Position numbers and translations under genes: made by a program. Shown here in pieces: positions 22,601 to 37,035 of a stretch of DNA of 64,000 nucleotides. The stretch is from Blastocystis sp. Blastoise (taxonomy: Eukaryota; Protista; Bigyra: Opalinata), in the NCBI GenBank assembly GCA_039096225.1, contig JBBPEB010000030.1, forward strand, positions 558,001 through 622,000, written 5' to 3'. Each line of letters starts with the position of its first letter. Positions within the stretch are counted from its first letter, which is position 1. The notes below the pieces were generated by a model, which was given only the letters and a program-made list of their open reading frames with translations, searched no databases and was not told where the DNA came from.

Positions 22601-25600
22601 TCTTCTTCTTCTTGAACTTTCTTTACTTTCTCTTCATATTCATTATTCTTTTTATTCATTTCGAATTCAAAAGAAGACTTTATAGTCTCATATTCTTGTA
22701 TTTTTCTATTATATTCTTTTTCTTTTTCATCTAAAGAATGTTCTCTTTCTTCTAGTTCATTATATTTCTTAGTATTTTGTTCTTGTACTAAATGATCAAT
22801 TTCTTCTTTTTTCTTATTTAATTCAATTTCTTTCATTTTTAATTCTTCTTTATGATGTTCATATATAGATAGTGTATTCTTAATATCATTTTCTTTTTCT
22901 TGTAAAGTAGATAGTTGAGATTGATATTCATTCCATTTTATAGCATATTCATTAGTTTGTTGTTCTAATATATCTTTATTTTCATTATACACTTGAATAT
23001 TCTTATTAAAATCATCTTTTTGTTTTATATATTCATCTTGTTTTGTTTCTAATGATATAATTTGCTCTTTTAGGTCTTTTTCTTTATTATTTAATTCATC
23101 TTCTTTTTCATTTAATAGAAGTTTGTCTTGTTCTAATGATTCTTTCAATGAATTGTATTCTTTTTCTTGTTGAATAATGGATTCTTCTTTCTTTTTCAAC
23201 TCTTCTTCTTTTCTAATTAATTCAGATTGAAGAGATTCAGTGTTATGTTGAATCTGACTGAATTCTTGTTGTTTTATTTCAAATTGATTCTTATCTTCTT
23301 CAAATTGATTCTTATCTTCTTCAAATTGATTCTTTTCTTCTTCAAAATGATTTTTATTTTCTTCAAATTGATTCTTATCTTCTTCAAATTGATTCTTATC
23401 TTCTTCAAAATTTTTCTTTTCTTTTTCAAAATAATTCTTTTCTTCTTCAAAACGATTTTTATTTTCTTCAAACAACATACTATTCTTATTTAATTCTTCT
23501 TTTTCTTTACTTATTTCATTCTTCTTTGTTTCTAGAATAGTTTCTAAATCATTTAGTTCTTGTTGTTTCTTATTCATATTTACTTGTTGATCACATAATA
23601 CTTTTTCATATGATTCTTTATCTTTAGTAAATTGTTCTACATTCTTTTTATAAATAGAATTTTCTTTTTCAAGACTAATTCTTTGTTGATCTACTTCTTT
23701 TAATTTTTGTTCATAATTCTCTATAAGTAAATTTAATTGTTCAGAATTCTCTTGTAATTCTTTTTGTTCTATTTTACGTGATATTTCATTTTTCAAGGAT
23801 TCAATTTGTTGAATATTTGAAGAAATATTTTGTTGATTCTTTTCTATTTGTTCTTTTAAATCATTATTATCTTTTAATTGAATCTCATATGTAGATTTCA
23901 ATTCATTCAAATTTATAGTATATTCTTGATACTCTTTTTGTTTTTCTATATATATTGTTTCTATAGATTGTTTATTATTCTTAAGTTCTTCAATTGAACA
24001 GACTAAATCTTTTTCTTCTTGTTTCTTTTCAACTATAGAAGTCTCTAAAGTATTTAATTCTATTTGGAATTGTTTCTTCTCATCATTATATTGTTGATTA
24101 CATATAGTAATATCATTTGATTTTTCTTGTATAGTTTTTTCTAATTCAATTAACTCATTTTCTTTTAATGATTTAGACGATACTAATTGTTGAATAGAAT
24201 CTACTAATGTTTCTTTATTTTGAATCATACTATTATATTCTTCTTTCATTTGTTCATATTGTTTTGATAACACATTGATTTTATCTTCTAAAGTATTAAT
24301 AGTTTTATTATAAGATTCTTCTTTTTCTAATAATTCTTTATATTGATTTGATATATTCTTATATTTTTCTTGAGTAGTTTGAAGTGATAGTTCACAATCA
24401 TTTAATAATGATTGCTTTTCTTCATATATCTTTATTATCTCTTCTAATTCATTCTTATTATTGTTAATAGTTTTCAATAATTCTTCTTCTTCTTTGTGAT
24501 TCTTTTCAAATTCATTCTTTTTCAATTCTATATCATTATTATAATTATTTATAATAATTTGATTCTCTTTAATTTGTTTTTTTAATTGATCTATTTCTTC
24601 AAGAAGTGAACTATTTTGAGATTGATATTCATGATTATTTTGTATTAAAGACTTATTTATCTTGGCATTTTCTTCAATATCTTGTTGAAGAGTGTCTAAA
24701 GTTTGTTTACTTGTATCAATTTGAGATTGAATATCCACTAATAATATATTTTGATTTTCAATATCGACTTGACATTGATCTTTACTCTTCTTAAGTTCAT
24801 CTATTTGATTTGTTATCGAAACTAAAATAGATTTATTCTCCTCTAATTGTTTTGATATAATTTGTAAATTATTCTGTTTTTCTTCATAATCAAGTTGAAC
24901 TGTATGTATTTGTTCTTGAAGAGATGTATATTCATTATGTGTCCTATCTACTAATTCTTTTTCTTTAATATATTGTTCTTGAAGAGATGTATATTCATTA
25001 TGTATCTTATCTACTAATTCTTTTTCTTTAATATATTGTTCTTGAAGAATTTCTGTATCTTTAATTAATTGTAATTGATTCTTATAAGATTCACATATAT
25101 TCATATATTCATTATTTTTAGTTTCAATAGTATTTTCTATTTCTTCTAAAGAATGTTTATTTGTAGAAATCAATTCTATTAATGAATCATTCTCTTTTTT
25201 ATTCTTCTCCATATTTTCTTGTAATATCTTATTATCATTTATATATTGATTCTTTTCTTCATTCATTTCTTGATAAGAATTATTGATATTCGAATAATCT
25301 TCTTGTAAAGTTTTTAATTCTTTTGATTTCTCTTCAATTTGTATTAATAGTATTTCATATTCTTTTGATTGTTTTTCATATTGTTCTTGAATAGTATCTA
25401 TTTTATATTGAAGAGATATCATTACTTCTTCTTGTTCAGATTGTTTATTTACTTGTTTTTCTAATAAAATCGAACGATCATGAATAAATTGTTCTATTTC
25501 TTGAAGAGAAGATGTTTTTGTAGTAATCGATTTATTTAATTCACTATATATAGTTTCTTTCTTTTCTATTTCATCCATATAATAAGTATATTTTTGAGTT

Positions 25601-28600
25601 AAATATGATAATCGTTGTTCATCTGTATTGAATTGTTCAATTTCATTATTAATATCTTTATATTTATTATCAAATTGATCTTGAAGAGATTGTAATTCTT
25701 CTGTTTTTTGACGTACTTCATCTTTCTTCTTATTTAATAATACTAATTTATCATCATACATTTGTTGCCATTTCTTATTTGATTCTTCTTCTTCTTTATC
25801 TTCATTCACTAATATAGCTACAAGTTGTTCATACTGATTACTTACTTCATTTACATTATTCTGCAAATTCATTGTACTTACTTTATGATTATTTAATGAT
25901 CCTAATATAGTATCTAATCGTTTCTTCTTTGTTTCTACTAATTCCAATGATTCATTGACTTGCTTTTCTTTAATTTCTAAAGCTTTTTGAATTTGAATTT
26001 GTTTTTCTTTTATTTTATCAAGAGACTCATAATCTTTATATTTCTTCACTTGTATTTGTAAATCAGATGCTAATTTCTTTAAAGAATTCTCTTTTTCATT
26101 TAATTCTTTTGATTTATTTACATTCTTTTCATGATCTTCTAATGATTCTTTTTCTAACTTACATATAATTTGTGTTTTCTCTTCTATTTCCTTTAAAGAT
26201 TGATTGATTTGTTCTTCTTTTTCATGAAGTAGTTTCATTTTCTCTTCATTTTGAATCATATTATCAGTATATTCATGAACATCTTTCAATAAATTAGTTT
26301 GAAACTCTTTTAATTGTTCTAATTGCTGTTCAATAGATGTTTGCATTTCTATTTGAATAGATTTCATTTGTTCTAAAGTAGTTGAACTTATAGGATTATT
26401 ATTCTTTAATTGATTATACTCTTCTTTTAATTTATTTATTTTCTTTTCTTCTAATTCTAATGTTTGCTCCCATTGAAGTAAAGTATCATTTCGTTGATCT
26501 AATTCAATTCTTATTTTATTCAAATTATTCTTTTCTTCAACTATTTCTTCATTCTCTTTTTCTAAATTTTCATGTTCATTTTTTATATGTTCCAAATTAA
26601 TAGAAGTTATTTGTTGTACTTGATTTACTTCTATATTCTTTTGATTATAAATATTTTGAAGCAATGTAACTTGATTTAATTTTGATAAAATTAAAGACTC
26701 TTTTTCTTTTAAAGCACTTTCCTTTGCTTTTATTGTATTCTCTCGTTCAGTTAATGCAGCAGTTTTCTTTGTAATTCCTTCACTTGCATTTAAAAGTGTT
26801 TGACGAAGAGACATACATTTTGTTTTTAAAGCAGTGAATTCTTTTCTAGCTTTATCAAGCTGTTCTGAATCTTTTTGAACTTTATCTTCACGTTTAATCA
26901 ATAATTCAACTTGTTTTTGTAATTCATCACCTTTTAAAGAACCTATACAATAATAAAAATCAATATATATATTTTTTATGACTTTAATAAATATCAAAAT
27001 GGTAAAAATAAATACGATAATCAAGAATGACTAATTGATTTTCGGGTGTCAATGTTTGATTATTCACAGTTTGAGACACAGAATTCAAAGAGGAATCTCC
27101 AGATTCAGTCTCGTCACTCATTAATAATGTATATATATTAAGATACGAATCAGTGAATTTTTTATAAAAAATATCAAAAGAATCATCCTCTAAATCATCA
27201 GAATCCTGATTATCTGGACAAATTAGAGTCAATGTCGATAATAATTCCTGGTATTTTTCTTCATAAGAATCCGCAATATATTTTAATAAGGAAAATCGAT
27301 TTTCGTATAAAATACTCTTTTTCTGAAGTTCTATAAGTAGTTGATTCTTTCTCTTCAATGAATCCTCTATAAAAAATAGATAATGAGTGATATATAGAAT
27401 TTGTTTATGTGTTTTATAAAGTAAATATACATAAAAGAATAAATTGGCTATGAATCATCAGAATAGTGATAAATTATAAAATTAAGAAAAGAAATATTTA
27501 TGAAAATGCAAATAATTTCTTCAAAAAATAGAATATATACGTGATTTCTTTTCGTATTCTTGAAAGCAGTAGTTGACAAATATATGGAATTGATCATCGG
27601 AAAGTAAGTTTCTAATCATTTGAATGTCACCGTTGATTTGAATTTCATACATATTTAACGATTGTTTATAGATTATAACTTCTGTATCAAGATCATGAAT
27701 TTTCTTTTCTTTATCAAGATTCGTAACTCGTAATACATCAACATAATTTTCTAATTCAAAAATTCTTGTTTTGTAAAAATTATTTTGGGAAAGGTTTTTC
27801 TCATGTATCGTATTGATAATAGTAAATAATCGTTGAGTTGCATTACTACATGTATCTAGTTCTTTGGATTGTTTCACAATAATAGTTTTTAAATATTCAT
27901 TAGATTGTTGAAATTGTATAGATACTTTTTGATACTCAATATTTTGTAATGTTAGATCTGTAATTCCTTTTTCATTATTAATTTGATTGATCTGTTTTTT
28001 TAATATAGAAATCTCATCTTCTTTCTTCATTAAACTCATTTTTGTAGCAGAAGTCTATAGAGAGAATTTTTTTATTTTTTTAAATTTCTTTTTACTATAA
28101 TTTATTTATTATATAAAAAAAAAATGTTTTTTATTATTTATAATATGTATTATATAAATATAATTTTTATTATATAAAATATAGTTGAAGAATAAAATAA
28201 TAAAAATATATAATTCTATATACTTTTTCTTCTAATTGTGCATATCGTGTTTTTATTTGCGTTAATTGATTTTGACATGATAATTTATATGCTTCTATAA
28301 CCATATTATATTCAGGATGACATATATTCAAAAAACTCTTTAATTCATTTAATTGCTTATCTAATTGCTCTGTATTAAATCGTTTACTATTTAACTAGAT
28401 TTATAAATGTTTATAAAAGTCAATTAATAATACATTTATATATTCATAAAAATTAAAATTAAAAAAAAAATGAGTCAATAAATAATTGTATATATATATA
28501 TAATAGATACCATTTTCATAGAAGGAGATAGAAATGGGATTTGAGCTCCATCATTATCAACAGAATCATCTTGAAGAATCTCCAAACCTTTTTGAGCCTA

Positions 28601-29193
28601 TTTATTATATATATACTAAATATTATTTATATATATAAATAATATCAAATATAGATACATAATTGATTATAAAAAAAATATGTTTAAAACATACATTTGC
28701 TTTTAATAATGATAATTTATTATAATATTCAGGATTTGTTTTCGAAAGAAGTACATTGACATTGGATCTATTATAAAGATTTATAAATATTTATTATTTT
28801 ATAAAAATATAAATAATTATAAATAATTATAAATAATTATAAATAATTATAAATAATTTTACTGTTGTTTTTCTTGTGAACTTCTAAAATCTAATATTTT
28901 TGTCCTATATACATATATTAATTTTTTGAATTATATTCATATAGATATATAAATAAAGAATTAATATTCATACTGACCATCTCTTAACTGAACTGAACGA
29001 AATTGTGTTTCTTTTGGTGAATTACTAGAAGATTCAATATTTTTAGTTGAATAATACATATCTAGAATTATACCTATTTTCTTTTGACAACGAATTCGAT
29101 TGTTGAAGAGATTCAGAGTTCCTAAAAATATAAATAGAGAAATAAAGTCATTCAACTTATCTTATACTTTTCTTTATCAAAGAACTGAAACAT
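19677..29193 (-). CDS. Giant (~2,700 aa) coiled-coil protein with a C-terminal CxxC/CxxC pair and tail transmembrane anchor (golgin/giantin-like architecture)
   Basis: E/K/Q/N heptad-rich sequence with one exon of 6444 nt (20499-26942). Last exons encode CFNCH...CPYC and VGYTILAIIVFHIILHF before TAA at 19677. Confidence 0.75.
20150..20430. repeat. ~35-nt minisatellite (about 7-8 copies) in a coiled-coil gene intron
   Basis: Unit approximately aatatttattatattaattaaataaatctatatatat. Confidence 0.9.
23274..23471 (-). repeat. Coding 21-nt heptad repeat (EEDKNQF)n
   Basis: About 9 copies visible in DNA and translation. Confidence 0.9.
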
Positions 29194-30089
29194 ATTTATC
29201 TTCTATTTATTCAAATAATCTTCTTCGAACCTTTAAAATGGAATTCAAATTCAAAATTATCTTTTGGAGATAACCCGAATTCTAGTTCTTTTTTTACGCC
29301 ATTTTTCAACAGTTTTATGATTATTACAATTTACATTTCTAATTTAAATTATCCTTATTTTATACTTTAAAATGATGAAATCATTATAAATATATTATTC
29401 AATTATTATATAGTTAATTCTAAAATATATGAAATTAGTTTTTATTCAACATTTAGATAATATAGTTTTTATTAATGCACTAAATTATTAAAATGATTTC
29501 AATGAACTATCATTTAAACTTTTAAAAATGGTTTATTAATTGAATATAACCTCTTTAATCATCAAAACACATTATTTCTAATGATAACGCTATTTATGTG
29601 TTTTAATGCATAGATTTAAATTCTACAACTCTACTTGCTATTTTATCACCACTCATATTAATAAAAGACTTATATCTATATCAGAAACAAAGATAGAATG
29701 CAAATAATTGATATTTTCTTCTAATATGATTGAAAGTATTATTTTCATGCACATAAGGTTGTGTCTCACTTGTTCTTGATAATAATTACTAATATATCTT
29801 AGTTGATAATTAAAAAAAAAGAAAAACAGATTCTTGTCGAACACGATTTCTATAGCGAACTTCGTTTTTTCTGCTTCTTTTTTCAAAAGAATTCTAAAGA
29901 GTTCTTAACGAATTAGAGTCGCTTTATTGTTCTGAATGCTTTCTTTCTATTGGCTCTTCTCCTTTTCTTTGCGTTCATTTTTCTTCTCACTAAGAACTGA
30001 CTATTGCCGTATTTTTTTTAATATCAAATCCATGATTATAGTTATGTCGTTAGCAAATAATATTTTTATTTTGATTAAGTTTTATTATA

Positions 30090-31582
30090 ATGCCTCGAGA
30101 ATTATTATTTGAGATTCGTATTCCTATGCCTTTTTCTATAAACGACGCTATTCACGGGTATCGTTGGATGGGTTTACATGCTGCTGAAGCTTCTACTGGA
30201 AACGGAGAAGGTTGTCAGTGGAATAAACATGAAAAGTATTTAAAAAGAGATTCTTTTTATTTAATTTCATTTTTTTTTATCAAACTAAAAATTAACTTTT
30301 TATATTTTAGATATACTGTAACAAAAGAAGAATTGCATGATTTATTTGGAAAATCATTTCCTATTCCTGATTATACGGGAGACTATGATGAAAAAAAGTA
30401 TTTATTCTTATTATTTATCATGTTATTGATTTTTATAAAAAAAGTTATCTTTGGAGATAATTTAGGAGCAGCCAAATATCTGATTACAAAAGGTAAATTA
30501 TATATATGTTATTATCATTATTTTTTTATAAGTTTTTAATAATTATGGATCTATTCTATATTGGCATAGAAAACAGTATTATTTTGGTTACTATTATTAT
30601 GTATAGATACAATATGTACGGAAGAGAAATGTTATACTTCTGGGGTCACTAGTATTTCGTATACAAAGTTCTCTGTTATGTCTGATTCTACTTTCAATAT
30701 GAAGTGTGCATCTACATTTACATCAGGAAATGTATATAAATATATATTTATTAGAATCATATACTCTCTATAATTGTTTTTCATATTATATATATATAAT
30801 ATATATATTATTATTCATGATTTCTTATCTATAAAGACTATTGATGAAAATGTATTTAAATTGAATGAAAATGAATTATCAAGAAGAGAAATTATTGATA
30901 TTAACTGGAAAACAGCTGAAAAAGATATTAAAACACCTGAATGTTGTGTATGTGTTTTTCTTTTTTTCATATTGATTTATAAACATATATCATTTCTATA
31001 TCATTCACTATAACTATTTATATAGAGTCTGAAGAATTTCAGTTCAAAATGTCGTAATAAAGTATCTTATAGTAATTATATTCAAGAAGATTTAAGTGAT
31101 ACATGCTATTTCTACAGATTGATCAGTGTCACATATCCTTATTGTTTTATTATGTTTCTTATATATTATATATTATTATATATTATATATTATTATTATA
31201 TTATTATATATATTATATATATTATTTTATATATTCTTTATTATTCCTTAATTAATTTACATTTAATTCATTTTCTGGTTCTATTGTTCTTCCTGTATTT
31301 AAGACTCAACAAGTTAAATTCACTTGTAAAATATGTCAAGATCTTATTCTTAATATCGATGAATGGTGTTCATTGACAGAACGACAATTTGATAATTATC
31401 AGAAACAAGTTATGAATGACCTTAAAAAACTTATTAAGAATAATAAACCTATACGATTAGAGTATGCTATTTATTCTTCTACTCTCTCTAATATAAATAT
31501 ATATATATAGTATGTTATTTATTCTTCTACTCTATCAAATATAATATATATATATATTCTTTATAGAACATCTGTAAATTAA
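30090..31582 (+). CDS. Phosphatidylinositol transfer protein (PITP/START-like family)
   Basis: LLFEIRIPMPFS, ASTGNGEG, ENVFKL...REIIDIN, YFYRLISVTF and LNIDEWCSLT match PITP blocks. Contains AT-AC intron 31133-31260. Intron 30398-30444 is off frame by one nt, probably a homopolymer error. Confidence 0.85.
31133..31260 (+). other. AT-AC (U12-type) intron in the PITP gene, 128 nt, phase 2
   Basis: Canonical 5' ATATCCTT, branch TTCCTTAAT (31244-31252), terminal AC. Splicing restores the frame to IDEWCSLT. Confidence 0.92.
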
Positions 31583-32273
31583 TTGCCTTTCCCTGGAATT
31601 CATTATCACCTTGATTTTTATAATCTAGTCCTACTCTTATTATTGTGTTTTATTATATGCATATATATATTTGCTTAGCACTTCGTTTATTTCCTATTCG
31701 TTTCACTTTTCCTATTTCTTTTTCACTTTTTTTATTAAACCTATTTTTCTTGTTTTCTTTTTGCTTATTATTGCTTTATCGATTAAAGCATCTACTGTTT
31801 GAATTCTTTTGTTTCGTCTAAATAACTTACACGCATTTGCTTTTTACTCAATTTTTATATCACCTACATAGTTATCTTCTAACAATCATCTTCCTCTCAT
31901 TAATATAAACATCAAAAGAATTAAAATTTATACAATCTATATAACAACTAGGATTTTCGTTCAAACTCTCACTTCAAAGCAATATCCAGATCCTTTGCAA
32001 GTAATCTCGAGAATATTTATTTCAAAAAAATCACATCATTATACCCATTGTTTTTAATTACAAATAGACTTTGTCTTCTCAACATATATATATATTTATT
32101 TACTTTCATAGACTTTATTTCATTTTAGAAATATTCTTTTTAAGCAATTTTAAACTCAACAAGAGATCAAAACACTTATTCAAAAAAAATGTCTTAAAAC
32201 ACCAGAAATCGAATCAGTGCCTTTCTTGATTTATCTGAATTTCAAATATTTCTTTTTTCAAATTATTTGTATT

Positions 32274-34325
32274 ATGATAATGAATTACGTGTTAGTTTTT
32301 ATTCTAATACTTTATTCTGGTTTTTTATTTCGTGGATTCTTTGTAGCTGAACCCATTTCGTCACAGAAAGTACGAATCATGGCATGCTCTAATAATTCAA
32401 ATTTCCAAAATCCAAGACTTCGAGAAACACAAATGGAAACAATCTCCTTGAATACTATTATTCAAGATAATAAAACAACTGAAGAAAAATGCTATGATCA
32501 TTACAATAAGAGACTTGATAATTTAAAAAGCATTGATATGAATAGTATGAATTATTATTATTATTATTATTTAATTTACTTTTTGTTTATATATTTATAT
32601 ATATAGAGATCCAAGATATATCTAGTGAAGCATTTCGTGAGCATTTTCTACCTGAAGATTTCGACATGAGTACTCAACATGACCGTATTGTTCTTTTTAA
32701 AATTCAAAATTATGGATTTGGTAATAAAATGCTTTGTTTGTCAAATGCATTGTTCTTAGCAACAATGGTTCATCGTAATCTAACAAGTATATCTAAATCT
32801 TTTCTCTCTTTTGTGTCTCTCTCTTTTTCTCTGTGTGTAGGGAAGATGTTTTATTATTTTTTTTTATTTCTTATAATTCTTATTATATATATATATATAG
32901 TTTGTGGTTGGCCAGCTGCACGTAAATATTTCAAATTCCATTCAAGTATTCGAATCATCAAAACATGTCGTATTTATTTTATTTATATCATTTTATTTAT
33001 ATTATTTTATTATTTTATTTTATTATATTATTTTATTGATTATATATTATAATACATTTTATATATTATAATACATTTTATATATTATAATACATTTTAT
33101 ATATTATAATACATTTTATATATTATAATACATTTTATATATTATAATAAATTTTATATATTATAATAAATTTTATTTATTTAATACAAATATCAATAGA
33201 TTTATGACTACATGTATATAGCTAAAATAGAGAAGAGTTCTGTTTTTACTGATTATACGGAGTTGTTAACAAATAATACTAAGCTTCTAGCTACGAAATT
33301 AGAAGAACCGTTTCTATATATAGATACATGTCGTCCTATCTTAGAACCTATATTAAATCATAATTCTTTTTCTTCTTCTTTTCATTTATTTGATCATCAT
33401 CATGTTAGTAAATATAATCAAAAAGATAATTATCGACGATATGTTTTTACTAATTTAATTATTCCTTCAAAATCATTAATTCGTAAACTATGTCCAATTA
33501 AACATCAGTATGAATATGATAATTTGATGGGACTTCAAATAAGAACTGGAGATCAAAGCGATTTTAATACTTTTGATAATACCACATTCTTAGTAGGAAA
33601 TACATATAAAGAATTATTAAGAAGAGTGATTATTATTAACGATGGAATTATATATCCACTAAAATGGTATAGATTTATATTCATTTTTAAATGTTTCTAG
33701 TTTATATTATTTTATATTTATATTATTTTATATTTATATTATTTTATATTTATATTATTTTATATTTATATTATTTTATATTTATATTATTCTATATTTA
33801 TATTATTTTATATTTATATTATTTTATATTTATATTATTTTATATTTATATTATTTTATATTTATATTATTTATATTATTTTATATTTATATTATTTATA
33901 TATTATTCTATATTTATATTATTTTATATTTATATTATTTTATATTTATATTATTTTATATTTATATTATTTTATATTTATATTATTTATATTATTTTAT
34001 ATTTATATTATTTATATATTATTCTATATCAATTATTACATATATACTCTTATTCCATAGGTTTGTTGTATCTGATTCTTCATCTATGAAAAAGACGATG
34101 AAGGAGAAATTAGGTGATTTAATGCTTAGTTATGATTCCGTTATCGTTCATTCAGGAACATCTTCTTTAACAGAAGTTAACGATGGGAATTATGATGCAC
34201 TTATTGAGTTATATTTATTAGGATTATGTAAATTTATTATTGCTACTCCAAGAAGTACATTTGGTGTATTTGCAAAAGTATTAAATGAATACTGGACCGA
34301 TATTACTATACTCAACAAAACATAA
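32274..34325 (+). CDS. Type II membrane GDP-fucose-dependent fucosyltransferase-like protein (GT-B; GT37/GT23/GT11-like)
   Basis: N-terminal TM; YGFGNKML; motif I GLQIRTGD; motif II WFVVSDS; motif III ALIELYLLGLCKFIIATPRSTFG. Confidence 0.8.
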
Positions 34326-34731
34326 TCCTATACTATCTCATCTTATATATTTCTTATATTTCTTAATGTTTTCTTTTATTCTATTATTCATTTTTTCTTG
34401 TTGTTCTAACATACTTTATTATTATCTTTTTTATCTGAATATAAATTTTTGTTTTTTTTATTATTATTAAATATCTTTTCTTTTTATATTTTTTTATTCC
34501 ATATATGGTTAGCACAAGAATAATTTTATCACTTTTTCAACTGTAAATAAACAAATTCCCTTCTTTGTTTTGTTGTTTATAAAAATAATTGCTTCAAAAT
34601 TTTTATTTAAAAAATAATTTAATTATTTAAAAAAAATAAAAAATTTCTTTTTTTATTACTTTCATTCCACTTTCTTTGATTCGTTTTGTATTAAATAATA
34701 ATATTAATATTGGATTTGCGTATAAATTCAC

Positions 34732-36454
34732 ATGAGCACTAATAATAATTATCCTCTGTATCCTTTGCCAAGTTCAGTATCAACTGTGCAATCAACATCT
34801 ACAAATAATCAACCAATTCTAACATATTCCGCTCCTACTAATTCGTATAGTACTCAAAATAGTACAAATACAATAAATCCAATAACGAATCCATATAATT
34901 ATGATACTACCACAAATACATATGCTTCCTCTTTGAATACACCTATACCTACTCAACTAACACAATCCTTTATACAACCTCAACAATCATCAACACAAAA
35001 CCTCGTGAATTCTTACCCTATTTCATACAATCAAACATTATATCCTCCCAATTCTTCAGCATATACAAATATGCAACCTCCTCCATTACCACCACAACCA
35101 CCAAAACAACCTAATATACCTATTACTAACTCTATAACAAAAACGAATTCAATCTATCCTCAATCTATATCTAATAATTCTTACACTTCACCTACATCCA
35201 CAATAAATATTCCTCTTCCATTAACTATGGTTCCTCCTCCTCCAGTTTTATCTTCTCTACCAGCATTACCAAATCAATCTCAACATTCTTTATCTACTCT
35301 TCCTCTACCAATAGCTTCCTCTTCATTCTCTCTTCCTCCTCTTCCATCTCCATCTATACCCCCTCTCTCTTCCTCTCTCTATCCTCTTCCTCTTCCTCCT
35401 CCTCCTTCTCTTCTTTTATCTTCTAATCCTCTATTAAATTCTATATATATCAATAAACCTATTCAACATGTATTTTTTTTGTTTTTTGTTTTATTTATAT
35501 TATTTATTTATTATTTATTTATTTATTTATTTATATATTTATTTATTATTTATATTATATGTATATTATACATCTTAGTATTATTATTATTGTTATTATC
35601 GTATATATATATATATATAGGAAGTTATAGATGCATGGAATCTCTTCCATCCTCCAGGAAGATATTCAAGACCAAAATATATATGCATTATTCTTAGAGG
35701 AATTCCTGGTATATATATATATATATTTTCATCTATAAAAAAAAATATTCATAAATATTTTTTTATAAATAAAGTTATATATATATATATATATATATAT
35801 AGGATCTGGAAAATCTTATGTTGCTCAACGTTTAAAAGAAGTCGAAGATTATTATGCCTCCCAAAACAATATATCTATCCCTACTATAAAAATACTTTCT
35901 ATGGATACTATTATTGAAGAAATCAGCGGAGAAAAAAGGAAACGAAGTGAAACTTGGGACATGGATTATGAATTAGTATATATATATATATATTTATAGG
36001 TTAAATTGTTTTGTTTCACTATTTTATTATTCATATTTTTTTATAATAAACTATTCTATTAGATATAATTATATATATATAATAGAAAAATCGTGACAAT
36101 ATGGTAGAATTTGTATCCCGTGTTTGTGGTCGTAAGATTCCCGTGGTTATTATCGATAATATGAATTTAAAAGCATCTGACTATACCATGTATATATATA
36201 TACATATATAAATTAATATATATATATATAGATATTCACAAATTGCTGTATCCAAAGGATATACTGTTTATTTACTAGAAATGAAAACAGATCTTAAGGT
36301 ATATTAATATTATTTAAATATAATTATTTGTATATATAATCAATAGAAATGTACAACACAAAATATTCATGGTTATTCTGCGCCATCACTGTGTAAACTC
36401 GTCACGTTACTCGAGAAATCGGATCCTTCATATCCCCTACTGGATTATTCTGTA

Positions 36455-36535
<81 letters not shown>

Positions 36536-37035
36536 CTTATATTGTTATCCTGTTTTAAAAAAAGAAATATCTATAGACAATTCTTCAATTTCCCGCCAAA
36601 TCGGAATCTCCAGTTTCTTCTTCACTTCCTTCAAAAGAAACTACTTCTATTGCTCCTGCGTCATCTCTATCGACTTCATCAACAAATATAAATGTAACAA
36701 ACAATAATAAAAATAGTATTCCATCATCATCATCTTCATCCTTATCAACAATATCCACGAATTCTTCAGGAACACGTGCTACAAATAAAAAGCTAATTAC
36801 AAAAGAAAATACAACTCATAAAAAAATAGTTAGTTCTTCTATATCTATTCAAAGTATATATCAACTTTATTTGTATTTTAATTATCTATATATATATATA
36901 TTTTCACTATATTTATTTATCTTAATATTATTTCTTCCTTCTTATTATTTATATCAATAAACCTTATTATTATACATATTATATTATATAGATACTAAAA
37001 AGAGTAAATGGGAAGATAGTTCTGATGAAGAATAA
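34732..37035 (+). CDS. YLPM1: YLPM1/ZAP3-like protein (Pro-rich N-terminus plus P-loop kinase-like domain)
   Basis: Spliced LFHPPGRYSRPKYICIILRGIPGSGKSYVAQRLKEVE matches the YLPM1 C-terminal domain; ends KSKWEDSSDEE*. Confidence 0.75.

Noticed and set aside
30398-30444. PITP intron whose GT-AG removal shifts the frame by one
   Set aside because: Flanked by A7 homopolymers; a one-base consensus error is more parsimonious than non-canonical splicing.
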